From Eledone cirrhosa (taxonomy: Eukaryota), in NCBI GenBank assembly GCA_964016885.1, contig OZ024742.1, positions 279,434,001 through 279,498,000 of the forward strand: a DNA stretch of 64,000 nt, written 5' to 3'. The notes beneath the pieces are model-generated. The model had not been told where the DNA came from. It searched no databases and saw only the letters and a list, made by a program, of their open reading frames with translations. Position 1 is the stretch's first letter, and each line of letters opens with the position of its first letter. This document shows, piece by piece, positions 1 to 12,309 of the stretch. Both the position numbers and the translations under genes were made by a program.

Positions 1-49
<49 letters not shown>

Positions 50-70
50 AATATATATATATATTTATAC

Positions 71-112
<42 letters not shown>

Positions 113-1045
113 ATCAATGCGTAAACATTTGTATGGAGTAATGTGTCTAAGCGTCAATGTGTGTGTGTCTATGTAATAATGTATGTGATTGCACGTGCGC
201 GTGGTGGTGGAGTTGATGATCGGTTTGTTGTTTGTACTTGTAATGAATGTGGTACGGGTGGAAGTATGGTGTGGTTATTGAATAGAAGTAGGAAGGTAGT
301 GGAAGGGGAGGATTAATGTTTATTGAAACATCTTTCCAGATGGTTCCAGATGGATCCCCTCAGCTGCATGATTACTCTTCTCGTATAGTTTCATTAACAA
401 ATATTATAGTGGCTCATTATTTTATTCATTTGTTTATCGGTTTTGTCAATACCTCGTATATATTGATTCATATTGATTCATAATTTAAGCCACCACGGTG
501 CAGCATATATATGTATATACATAAATTATATTCGTTTTGTGATATTTTGCAATTTGGCAATAATAATACACTTACTGAATTCATCCGCCAAAATAAGGGT
601 TGCCTCCCTTGTCGAGCCCCATGTGAGTATTGGTAACGGTCAATCCTTGGCCTGGCACTTGAACTAAAAGCCTGTTGAGAAAGTGACTTCCTTGTTCAAT
701 CATCCTACCAAAAGCTTAACATTATTTGTCTAAGCGGACAAGTACTTGATTTCGGAGTCGCAGAAACCCAAATGCTGGATTTTCACACACCATCTAGGAG
801 TCCGGGTACATTTTTCAATCATATTTTTTTATTTTGTTTGACCCGAATTGCTTCGTCGTTTCTATGGTTGTGCGGATGACGGTTTAGCCATCGTCTCAGT
901 GTGTTTGGCCTTTAACGTATGTTATAGCTCTAGTTCGTTAGAATCTTTTGAGCGCTTGCCACACATATCGGAAGTTGTTTTTCGCTAATTTCCAATAGCC
1001 GAAATACGATTCTCGCTAATTTATATTTGTATATATACATATATG

Positions 1046-1096
<51 letters not shown>

Positions 1097-1104
1097 TATA
1101 TATA

Positions 1105-1919
1105 CTAGCAGTAAAGCCCGGCGTTGCTCGGGGTCGCTCAGTAGCTGTGTTAAAGTTACAATGTTAAGTTTCTTTTTTGGCTTAAAAACTGTAATGTCTA
1201 CTGTGCAGACTTGCATGTGGTGTTTTTGATTAATATTCCCTCAACCAACAATATGCCTTATGAAGTTAAGAAAACACAACGATAACCCGAATGTTATAAC
1301 AAAAGAGGATGCTGGGGATAAAAACTGCACTGGTTATTTATTAACAAAGATCGAAAATGTAAACACTGCAACGCAGAGAAAAACATTAGCGTAACCAAAT
1401 TATCAGTTATGTCTGTCTGCACGCCTATATCACCTCTCTGCACGACTGTCTGTCTGCACGCCTGAAATATTTGCTTGTTTTACGTAGTCTTTAAATAGAC
1501 TTGTTTTCAAGTAAAAATATTGTTTTAAAATGCTTTTAAATGGAAATGAAGCAAAACGGAAGCTTAGTGTTCGAACTGATGAATTTTGCAGGTCAATATT
1601 TTGCTGGCTCGACAACTGTTCGTGTATTGTGTTAATGTCATTTTAAACGCTGAGAAAGCCAGCGTAATTTTTTACGTAAGACGCTCAATGTAAACAGAAC
1701 AAAGGGAAATAACTGATAACTTACGCTCAAAAATCGATACATTATATTCGATTTCGTCACATGGGGTGGGTCAATTTGAAATATTTTTTTTCCGATGTCT
1801 TCGCTAGGGCTCAATGTACAAGTATAGCAATTTCGGTGCAATTCCGTCAGAGATTCTAAGAGGAGATGTGTGCCAAAAATCGATAGACAGACAGACAACC
1901 ACAGTTTTATATATATAGA
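1105..1919 (-). mobile_element. Non-autonomous Helitron (~815 bp)
   Basis: On the minus strand it starts A|TCTATATATATAAAA (1919) and ends with the subterminal hairpin CCCGAGCAACGCCGGG (1117-1132) followed by CTAG|T (1105-1108). This gives TC...CTAG termini inserted between A and T, with no TSD and no ORF. Confidence 0.85.
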
Positions 1920-2093
1920 TTGTTATATTTGGGGAGGGTCATATTTGTGTAATAGTATTACCAAAATTAATAACAGAACACACTCACTGTTTGGTTGTTT
2001 TGTGCTTTTGTGTCCTTTATACTGGTTATTTTAATTTATTCGGTCCTCAATGCTGCCATTGACTGACCAACGGTCAAAAATACAGATACAATA

Positions 2094-2161
2094 TAAGTAT
2101 GTATACGTATATACATACATGTATACAGACGTACAGTAGTATGTATATATACACATACATG

Positions 2162-2242
<81 letters not shown>

Positions 2243-2445
2243 CTATGGATTTACCGAGCTTTTATTATAATGTTCGGTTAGTTTGTAAACAAACATCCTG
2301 AATTAAGCCGTACAGTGTTTACAACCATCGTTGCCATTTTGTTCAACACTGATAAAAGAACGATGTACTAGTTTCAAGCTTATTAGCTATCGTCAGCACC
2401 GTATACCTTCCTGCCAGATGATTGAACGGCTGAAAATATATACTC
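2094..2445 (-). mobile_element. Non-coding HHR-bearing repeat, family A (retrozyme/PLE pLTR-like), copy 1
   Basis: Homologous to 2901-3398 (+) and 34697-35062 (-); contains the HHR at 2361-2401. Confidence 0.75.
2361..2401 (-). ncRNA. Minimal type I hammerhead ribozyme, canonical core
   Basis: Minus strand: cggtg CTGACGA t agct aata agct t GAAAC TA GTA catcg. Stem I is cggug/caucg, stem II agcu/agcu, stem III the palindrome ACUAGU, and the cleavage triplet GUA. Confidence 0.85.
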
Positions 2446-2695
2446 TCTCTCTCCATTTATATATAAATATATATATATATTATTCAGCATATTAATACAT
2501 GAAGACATTCACATAATCAAAATATATGTTTTATTATATATATTTCGAAGATACTGTGCTGTTTTTTAAGTATGTCCCCGTCAGATAAAATACATGAATT
2601 GATGTATGACATACTTCATCGGTCTTGATGGTTCAATTCCAGTATTGTAAAACTATATTCATTGAGTAATCAATGAACCATATTAATCTTTGTTT

Positions 2696-2751
<56 letters not shown>

Positions 2752-2755
<4 letters not shown>

Positions 2756-3398
2756 GGAAAAAATGAAACGAAATTTCATTTCTCACACTTAGTACGGCTG
2801 TTACTTAAATATAAGTATGTATACGTACATACATATATGTATACAGACGTACAGTAGTATGTATATATACATACATGCACACATATATATATGTATGAGC
2901 ATACGTATACATACTTATATTTAAGTAACAGCCGTACTAAGAGTGAGAAATGAAATTTGGTTTCATTTTTTCCATTTATCGTTTTCGGTACGCCCGGCCG
3001 ACTAACTCACTCGATATGCAAATTAGGCTGCTCAGCCGCTAATATGCATAAGGAAAGTATATACTTTAGACGTTCAATCATCTGGCAGGAAGGTATGCGG
3101 TGCGGATAAGCTTGGAACTAGTACATCGTTCCTTTGTCAGTGTTGAACAAAAGGTCAACGATGGTTGCTAAACACTGTACGGCTTAATTCGGGATGTTTG
3201 TTTACAAACAAACCGAGCATTATGATAAATGCTCGGTAAATCGATACGTATATATATATATATATGTGTGCATGTATGTATATATATACATACTACTGTA
3301 CGTCTGTATACATATATGTATGTACGTATACATACTTATATTTAAGAACAGCTGTACTAAGAGTGAGAAATGAAATTTCGTTTCATTTTTTCCATTTA
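2752..3398 (+). mobile_element. Family A copy 2: partial tandem (period 420 nt) with an inverted 5' segment, in (TA)n
   Basis: 2901-2978 recurs at 3322-3398 (gagtgagaaa at 2941 and 3361). 2752-~2895 is the reverse complement of the unit's 3' end. The HHR at 3098-3128 has a core deletion and GGAAC. Confidence 0.75.
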
Positions 3399-3720
3399 TA
3401 TATATATATAAATATATATATATATATGAGAACGGTATTCTCAGATGAAATCCGATTTACTAATATGGTGCCGCCAGGAAAAAACACGTCCTTCTGCTCG
3501 TGTGTCCAGCATATATCTGCTCTGAGGATACCTTTTCATAACAACCACAAATGCATGAAGAATTTCTCGATTGTATGGAGAACCGTGGAAATAATCATAA
3601 TAATTAAACGATTTATGTATCACCAGCAATATTATATATATGGTTCTCATATATTTGATATATATTTATCCTTATCGAGCCCTCTTTGGATTTTAGTCTT
3701 CAAATTTATTATTATTACTA

Positions 3721-3870
<150 letters not shown>

Positions 3871-4295
3871 CGCACTCCATCGGCAATATAAGATACATTC
3901 CTAAAGTATGCACCAAGTTATTTGCTTCAACACAAAACGCGTAAAACGAGTGTCTATAAGGTTTCCGGAGTCGAGTTTCTGCCGCATTAATGCAGCAGTA
4001 AGGTGCATTGCACCATCTGTCTACATATATTATGCAACAATGCACAATGTGCTTATGTATGCGGCTTCATCAGCGGGTATCGCCTAATCAATAACCAATC
4101 TATCGACAGAATCCTAAGACCAGTCTATGCCGGCCATGACTGTTTGTGACGAATGGTAAAGCTATTAGCAACTGGCACCCGATAGGACTCTATCTCTCAA
4201 CCAGCCACTGATTTACAAATTTTACGTGGGTCCGGGAAGCTAAATTATATATATATATATGTGTGTGTGCGTGTGTGTGTGTTTAATATAGAAAA

Positions 4296-4346
4296 GGCTT
4301 CTACAGGACTAGAACTGATTAATTCAGGAGAAATCATTAGGAAGCC
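4296..4346 (-). ncRNA. Degenerate hammerhead motif
   Basis: Minus strand: ggcttc CTAATGA tttctcctgaat TAA tCAG ttctagtc CTGT A gaagcc. It has a perfect 6-bp stem I and a GUA triplet, but several core substitutions. Confidence 0.4.
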
Positions 4347-5944
4347 GACTGTCCAAGTAATATGGTGGTATTTATATCTTTTCTGGTGGTATGAGAGGGT
4401 GGTGATTGGGATGGGTGGAGGTCCTTGGTTGATGGATTTAAAGAAAAGGGAATTCTTTAAAAACTATATTTAGAGTAACAAACGTAGAAAAAATTCTATA
4501 GGCAGGTTCACACGGGGGGGGGGGGACGGACGCCCGAAGCCATTTCTATATTAAATATTTATACTCTGCTATGAATTGAGTACCTTACTTACTGTGGTTA
4601 CATTATATATATATATGCGTGTGTTTATATGTATATATATATATATGTGTGCTTGTGTGTGTATGTGTGTGTGTGGGTGAGTGTGGGTTAGTGTGGGTGG
4701 GTCTGGGTGTATGTGGTGGGGTGTACAGTGATGGACCGTATTGAGAGGGTGTGATAGAGCTGAGGACAATATAACTGTACTTTTATCGGTGTTGTGAATT
4801 CAATGTGGATTATATAAATATATATATAGAGACATAAATAGGTTCAACATTTGTGAAGTAGTGTTGTCATTTACAATCAAAATATTTGACGATGAGATTC
4901 GAACTTTGATCATAAACTGGTGTGGTTAAATAGTTAATTATCTGGTGTCCAGATCTCAAGATCTCGGTTATTTCAATTCTGCCTTTCATACTTTTTTTTT
5001 CAGGGATTGATATAATCGACGCTTAACTCTTCCTCGCATTGGATCTAAATCAGAAGCTTTTGTACATAGAAATATATGACGCAGCGCCGTGAATATCTGT
5101 GTAGTGGCATAGTTGATTCAAACGAACCCAGTACCTGGCGAGATTATAATTTAGCGTTTCCGGTAAGATGAAAGGCGAAGACTATTTCGAAGGATTCAAA
5201 ATTGTAACGTAAACCGCCATAATAAGACATCGCTTTGAAACGCTCATGTTTCTCTCAATCAATAAATGTTGAATTTGGGAGATGAAATGAACTGACTGAT
5301 TCTGTAATATTTTATTTGATACGGATATACAAACGCACCATTGGTCAAACATGAAATAAAGGTAGATAAATTCCACATGGTAGGTGAGTGACGCTCAACC
5401 GATTTTACCAATTCAATATGATAATATGCACAAGGAAGGGCACTTAATCTTATCTCGCTGATCCTCACTTCACAAATTTGTGAATTTTTAATTAAAACTT
5501 TGTTTGAGACCATTTAGTTAGTAACATATTCCTCTATGACGTCAGGTATTTGCACTTATCCTTATCCTGATAAAATTGATAAATAAAAAGTATTTAAATG
5601 GAACGAAAATGTAGTATTATTTTATATTATGACGTCACAGCGGCAATATTTTCTTCACAAAATTGTAACATTTTATTTCGTAAATATATAATAGATATCA
5701 AGTTTAGAATTTTGTAGAGTGCGTATTGTCTAGTAAAGTCTGACATAAATACAAATGTGATAGACTATCGTCCTGCAGATAGTCTTGACAATGTAGATAT
5801 ATTATACTCATGACAATTGAAGCAGTTTCGACAATTAAAATTATCTACTAGCACAGAAGTCATTTTATATATTTACAATCGCGAAACGTACTGAAAATTT
5901 GATGAGTGTTTCGTGTGATGCCCGGTAAGTATTTTCTACAAAGC

Positions 5945-5986
<42 letters not shown>

Positions 5987-7120
5987 CACACACACAACTG
6001 TACACACACACCCTCGCATACACACAATACAAACATACACCGACACACACACGCGTACGCTCGCATGCACCTACTCACACATACGCATATAGAAAGGATT
6101 ATAAACCTATTTGTATATATCATGAACATTGAGATAAAATTGAATGAAAAATATTAGTTTCCTCTGATAAATTTGCTAATCTTTCTCTCTCTCTCTTTAT
6201 ATATATATATATATATAAATATACCCCCCCACACACACACCGCTACACTCTCCCTCAACTTTTCACACTGACACACCTCCTCTCCTGTCCGCCCAACCTC
6301 CGCACATACACACATTCCCCACACACATACAGACCATCCCTGACCATTACCACTCACCTGTCTGTCAACGTCCGAACTGCTACCTTCATTCTCTCTGTCG
6401 CATCCTTCGCCCTGCCTTGACCTTCTTGACCACTTTCTGCTGCGCGCGCACCCCATAATTCTCAACTTCCTCCGCACCATTCCACGGATCCTACACCACT
6501 GGTCACACGCTCCAGACATCCACCTTTTTATACTCAGTTCTTTTCCCCATCTGTCCATACACTCACCTGGAAAACATTCAGGAAAACAGACACGCAAACA
6601 CTTACACTATTTTCGCACACACGCAACCATACATTCCCACGTATCCACATCACGCATAAACACACACACAGACGTGCGTATCCTCACATACACATACTTG
6701 GTCTCCGGACTGCACACGCTCCCTGTGCCCCACCTCTCCATCCACACGTACACACACACTGACTTCTTACACCCCACTCCATGTACACACTGGTTTTCCT
6801 ATTATCCGAACATGGAACCTCCTTCTTACCCAAACATTCACACTCACATCCACACATACACACACACACGTACACCTACACACATACACACACACCACCT
6901 TCCGCCCTCCCCCACTTGAACCCCCTGTTTCCTTCTCCCCCCGCTATACCCACCCACCACCACCTCTACACGCCTCACACCCTTTCACCAAATGTTTTCA
7001 TTTTAATTTTTCTACCATCATTTTAATGTTTTTTCCTTCCCTTTAACCGCCCCCCCCCTTTAATAACTTTCCACCACTCCCTCTCACACTCTCAAAATTC
7101 TTTTTCTTCCCACTTTTCTC

Positions 7121-7145
7121 CTGATGAAGGGCTTATGCCTGAAAC
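7121..7145 (+). ncRNA. PLE-type hammerhead core
   Basis: CTGATGA a gggc ttat gcct GAAAC. Homologues at 15292-15316 (-) and 26676-26700 (+); the three-copy consensus stem II is gggc-ttat-gccc. Confidence 0.7.
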
Positions 7146-7260
7146 GCCCCCCCCCCCCCCACACTCTCAAGCGTGAACCTAATACCTTCACTGTTTGTAC
7201 TGCACACTTCGTTATCGTTTTTGTTTTTTGTTTTTAAATTCTATGTGTATATATACATAT

Positions 7261-7299
<39 letters not shown>

Positions 7300-7381
7300 C
7301 GTATCTCAAATCTTTTAAAGACTTCTTTTCCAATTTCAGCCCGCCCGTCCCTTCAATCTATCTTATTTCCCATCCTTTCTT

Positions 7382-7409
7382 CTTACGAAGGACTAGCGTC
7401 CGAAACGTT
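7382..7409 (+). ncRNA. Second hammerhead-like core (G5 mutated)
   Basis: CTTACGA a ggac tagc gtcc GAAAC GTT: perfect 4-bp stem II and a loop-less palindromic stem III (AACGUU). Confidence 0.55.
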
Positions 7410-7506
7410 AACACCCTCTTCCTTCTATTTCAAGCGTTAACCTAATATATTCCTTCCATATATTGTGTTCTTATTTCTGTTTTCCTTGTACACACATATA
7501 TACATA

Positions 7507-7566
<60 letters not shown>

Positions 7567-7568
7567 TA

Positions 7569-7642
<74 letters not shown>

Positions 7643-8332
7643 TATGTGTGTGTGTGTGTGTGTATGGGTGTGTGTTACGCGTGTTATTAACGAAAGGGGG
7701 AAAATGTACGTAGTACCGAAATAGAGTTTAAATGCTCTATATTTTGGCTATATAGTGAGTCTTCTTACTTCAGAGTTTCACTTGAGCACTCACAGGATCA
7801 TTGAAAATATGTCACGTTAAGTACAGTCAATGAAGAAAACCATTTTATTGACTCCGAAAATAAGGATATCGGCAGGATTTGTCTTAAACGTATCTAGCTA
7901 AATTCAAGAATTCATTTCGTCTGATGATCTACCCATATTTTGCTTGTTATATAAGGTCTAATGGACTCGATTTGTCGGTAATGATGGCAGTAGCCTTTTA
8001 CCTATGTAATTTATGGAGACCAGTATTGGTATTCTATATGCACCATTTTACCGGTTATATGAACAGCATATATACTAACAGGACATTAGCACTTTCCTAA
8101 CTTAATAGAGTGCATTAGAGAAACACTACATTGATTAAAGATAAGAATTAAACTTTAATACATTTCTATTATATAATTACATAAATGTTCAGCATACGTA
8201 CAAATGTCTTACATAGTAGAGAAATAAATACATACATGTGGCGTCACAATTACAATTTAGCAGCATGTCTAGGTTTGGAAAAGTGTGTAAATTGTACAGT
8301 TATAGACAAATATGTATACATATATTACATAT

Positions 8333-8396
<64 letters not shown>

Positions 8397-8402
<6 letters not shown>

Positions 8403-8739
8403 GTGAGGTTTTTTTTACAAAATGAAAAATAACCGAGGTGTCCTACACGAGTGAAAGTATAAAGAAAAAAAGATGAAATCGAAAATGCAACTGGAGTCTT
8501 ATTTTTTTTTTAAATATATATATTCATTAGGTTCCTTTACCGGTTTCGCAGTTCTTCTGCTTTTAAAAAGTAGAGTTGAGATGGAGGGTCTGTGGTTTTT
8601 CTGAAAACCCATAGAACCTCCATCTCAACTCTACTTTTGAAAAGCAGAAGAACTGCGAAACCGGTAAAGGAACCGAATGAATATATATATTTAAAAAAAA
8701 AATAAGACTCCAGTTGTATTTTCGATTTCATCTTTTTTT

Positions 8740-8746
<7 letters not shown>
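8397..8746. mobile_element. Fold-back palindrome in (TA)n carrying an HHR (family B)
   Basis: Arms 8458-8600 and 8604-8746 are near-perfect reverse complements. The left arm extends ~60 nt further, and (TA)n lies on both sides. Confidence 0.85.
8634..8669 (+). ncRNA. Hammerhead with U3-A8 covariant core
   Basis: ctt TTGAAAA gcag aagaa ctgc GAAAC CG GTA aag. Stems I and II are perfect, stem III is the palindrome ACCGGU, and the triplet is GUA. Confidence 0.75.
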
Positions 8747-8775
<29 letters not shown>

Positions 8776-10011
8776 ACACACACACGCACACACACACACA
8801 CACACTCACTCACACATACATACATACATATAATCTATATTATAATTCTGCTTTTTGTGAATATTTATGTCTTCAAGTATTTTAAATAATATTTCTTTAT
8901 ACATAAATACGGCGTTTCAACGGCATTTTAAACACGGTTAAGCCTATTTCCTATTCAGGTCTGACTACAGAAGATTAATTCCGAGGAAGGTTAGAGAATG
9001 GGTTAAAATAAGAGTGAAAGATACATAAAGGAATAATCGACCCCAGTACTCGACCGGTACTTTTTATGGACCTCAAATGGATGATGGGCAAAGTTGTCCT
9101 TGGCGAGATTTAATCTCAGAGAGCAGCGAGGTGGAACGAATATTGCAAAGCTCTCTATCAGACATTGTAACAAAGTCGGTAGTTCAGCGTCTGATTTTGA
9201 ATATTACTGCGTGAATATGTATTATGTTTTGAAATGTTTAGAATAATATTTCTTTCGACCTATATATTAAGTCTTTACACATGTATATCATTAAAATCTA
9301 TGGATTCACAAGAAAGATGGTTGCATGTCGCTCGACAAAATGTGGGAATATGTAAAGCACGAACAAGACATGAACAGCGAGAATAAATAATAAAAAAAAA
9401 GACAACACAACAGACATGTACGGAAATGAATGACGAACAGAGGAATAACGCTTTTGAGCAAGCTAGACTAAAACAATAGGAGGGAAGAAATAATATGGAA
9501 TTAGAAGAACGCCAGAAATGTTTAAGCCTGTTTGACTACAGCAACAAGAGTGAAGAGATAATAGGCAACACTGTTTTGAGCATGATAGACTAAGACATCA
9601 GGAAAGGAGAGATAATATCAAAGAGCACGAACGAACACATCATCTCGAGCAGTAGCGGGGGCCGCATAGCCTTAGAATAGAAAATATGAACGCTGAAGAT
9701 CTGCACAATTTCAGACAGAATAAATTTTTATTGAGCGGTCTTAGGAGAAATGACCCAGTAATTAATATTGATGATAATGTAGAAGAATATCATATTGACG
9801 ATACGAATATTTCCTGCGGTCATTGAGGAGCTTTGAAATTTAGAAATGAAAGTTATAACTGTTGTAATAATGGAAAAGTTATGCTGCCTCCATTGAAAAT
9901 ATAACCTGAGAGACTGAGAAATCTATTTGAAGGATACACTATAATATAACAAGTTATATATTATTGACGCGGAGGAAGCTGTGCAGCACAGATTGGAAGC
10001 ATCGCCAAATA

Positions 10012-10196
10012 ATTGTTTCTACTTTAGGCACAAGGTCAGCAATTAGCCACTGCATTTCTGGTACTTTATTTTATCGACCCCGTAAGGATGAAAGGCAAAG
10101 TAAACCTCGGCGGGATTTGAACTCAGACCGTAAAGGGACGTAACTTTGCTGGAAAGCATGGTGTCCGACTCTCTACCGATACTGCCAATCCACCGC
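10012..10196 (-). mobile_element. tRNA-derived SINE (full length) inserted in the Helitron
   Basis: A-box TGGCAGTATCGG, B-box GAGTTCAAATCC, and central domain gcctttcatccttacggggtcgataaaataaagtacc (Meta/Sauria-SINE-like). Flanked by the duplication cgccaaataat. Confidence 0.9.
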
Positions 10197-11376
10197 CAAA
10201 TAATGACACCTCACTACAATCAATGTCTATGATAAGTGAGATGTTGCATGACTGTAATCCATATGTTGAAGTTAAAATATATTACATGATACTTAACAAG
10301 AAGAGACAATTGTTCCGTGCGGAAGTGTGAATTAAGATTTAGAAGAGGATCAGATATGAGACGCTATAATTTACAAACTAGCAATGAAATAGCTGTTTCA
10401 TGTTGGGGGATAGATGATGTCCCACTCGTACACAGATATATTGTCATCTACCCTAAAACCATCCTCCCGGGAAAATACTATATATTGCATATCACGTGGA
10501 CAACATGACCTACCCTTTATTGCTTCCAGATCGTAAAGTTGGGTGCCATAGTGACATAAAGCATGCAGAGTACCGCAGGACCCACGTCCAGAATAGACTA
10601 ACATTTCAGGCGTATTACAGATACCGTACAGCTTATAGAGACGGATTTAGTGTGATACCTAGGTCAAGCAAATTATTTCAGCAGTATTTAGTAGAGGATT
10701 ATGTGAAAGTAGAGAGAAACAGTTTTCAGTATTTGAGGAACAATGAAGCCTAATTACGAGTGAGTGAGTAAAATAGTTTAATGGATAATCGAAACAGAGA
10801 CGCGGATGATAATACTGAGCTTGGGGTGCCAGTTATTTTGCAAGCTTCCGTCACTGGCAGCCCAAGAAACACGCATCAGTACTTTCAGGATGTTATGATA
10901 ATTGGTGCAAAATGTGGCAAACCAGATCTTTTTATAACTTATGCATGCAACATGATGTTCAAAATAATCTAAATCCAATATTTAGGTGTCGTGTATAACT
11001 TATAAAACGATCTCGTTTACCACATTTTGCAAGAATTATCATAATCTCCCGTGTGTAATGTGTCTGGCTTATCTGACCATACAAATTATTTACGGGACCT
11101 GGATCGCATAATACTGAACGAGGCTTCTATGATTCCTTCCAATGCAATTCATATAATTGAAGTTTTTGGAGGAAAGGTGTTGCTTCTGCGAGGTGAGTTG
11201 CGCAAGTGCTGCTAATATTACCAATGAGTACCCCTAAAGACTCATTGGAAATAAGCCTTGAAAACTGCCATATGTGGTATTTCTCTCAAGATTTTACATT
11301 AAACAATAATATCAGAGTAAGAGATCAGAGAGAGGAAGAGGGAGAGAGATAGAGATAGAGATAGATAGAGAGAGAG

Positions 11377-11483
<107 letters not shown>

Positions 11484-11853
11484 GAAGTGTCCATTGCATC
11501 TTGGCAATGGAACAACACCTCGAATTGAAGAACTGAATATGAAGGAAGATTATGTTGAAGTGATTCCATTCTCATGTCTAAATGACCCGTTACTGAAACA
11601 TACTTTCACTGATACAGTGCAACAAGAGAAAGAAATGTGGATAAATTTGTCTCCCAAAAATGCTGATTGCCTATTGATCAATTAAGAGTTTCTCAAACAA
11701 CTACTCAGTAACAGTCATGTTTGTTATTATACTGATAGCATGAACGCTGGTGACCGTTCAGAAGCTGACATATATACTATTGAATTTCTAAACTCACTCA
11801 CACCTTCCGGGATGCCGCCTCACAAATTCCAATTAAAAGCAGGATTAATAATA

Positions 11854-11972
11854 ATTGTTTCTACTTTTGGCACAAGTCCAGCAATTACTCAGTACATTAC
11901 TGGTACTTTATTTTATCGATACCGTAAGGATGAAAGGCAAAGTTAACCTCGACGGGATTTGAACTCAGACCG
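11854..11972 (-). mobile_element. 5'-truncated SINE inside the helicase LKAG-IIM motif
   Basis: Same family; flanking duplication taataataat. Confidence 0.85.
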
Positions 11973-12309
11973 TAATAATAATGTTTCACGGAATATTTCA
12001 ATTCTGAACAGATTATGCAATGGCACACGATTAGAAGTAATGAGATTGCATCAACATTCCATCGAAGGTTCTCTTATCAATGGTCCTTTGATGGGTAGTC
12101 GTGTGTTGTTCCCAAGACTGAAATTAGTCCCCAGTGATCCCAATATCCATTATACTTTTGAAAGAGAGCAGTTTCCAGTAACACTTTTGTAAGCTATGTC
12201 AAACAAGAACCTGGGTTAAACATTCGTTAAAGTGGGTCTGTTTCTTCCTGACCCAGTATTTAGCCATTAACAATGGAAGTCACATTTTCACACGGACTCT
12301 TTTCGTGGC

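Larger units (their letters stand above)
6220..7460 (+). mobile_element. Neptune-like PLE 3' region (C/A-rich UTR with two HHR motifs), copy 1
   Basis: Homologous to 25200-26790 (+) and 15005-16150 (-), sharing for example cacatacacacacacacgtacacctacacacatacac and ctctcaagcgtgaa. HHR cores at 7121-7145 and 7382-7409. Confidence 0.7.

Noticed and set aside
320-1010. Old PLE GIY-YIG remnant with HHR (minus-strand GQT..LRRWLNRH; CTGAGGG..GAAAG)
   Set aside because: Too degenerate; the stems and catalytic motifs cannot be established by eye.
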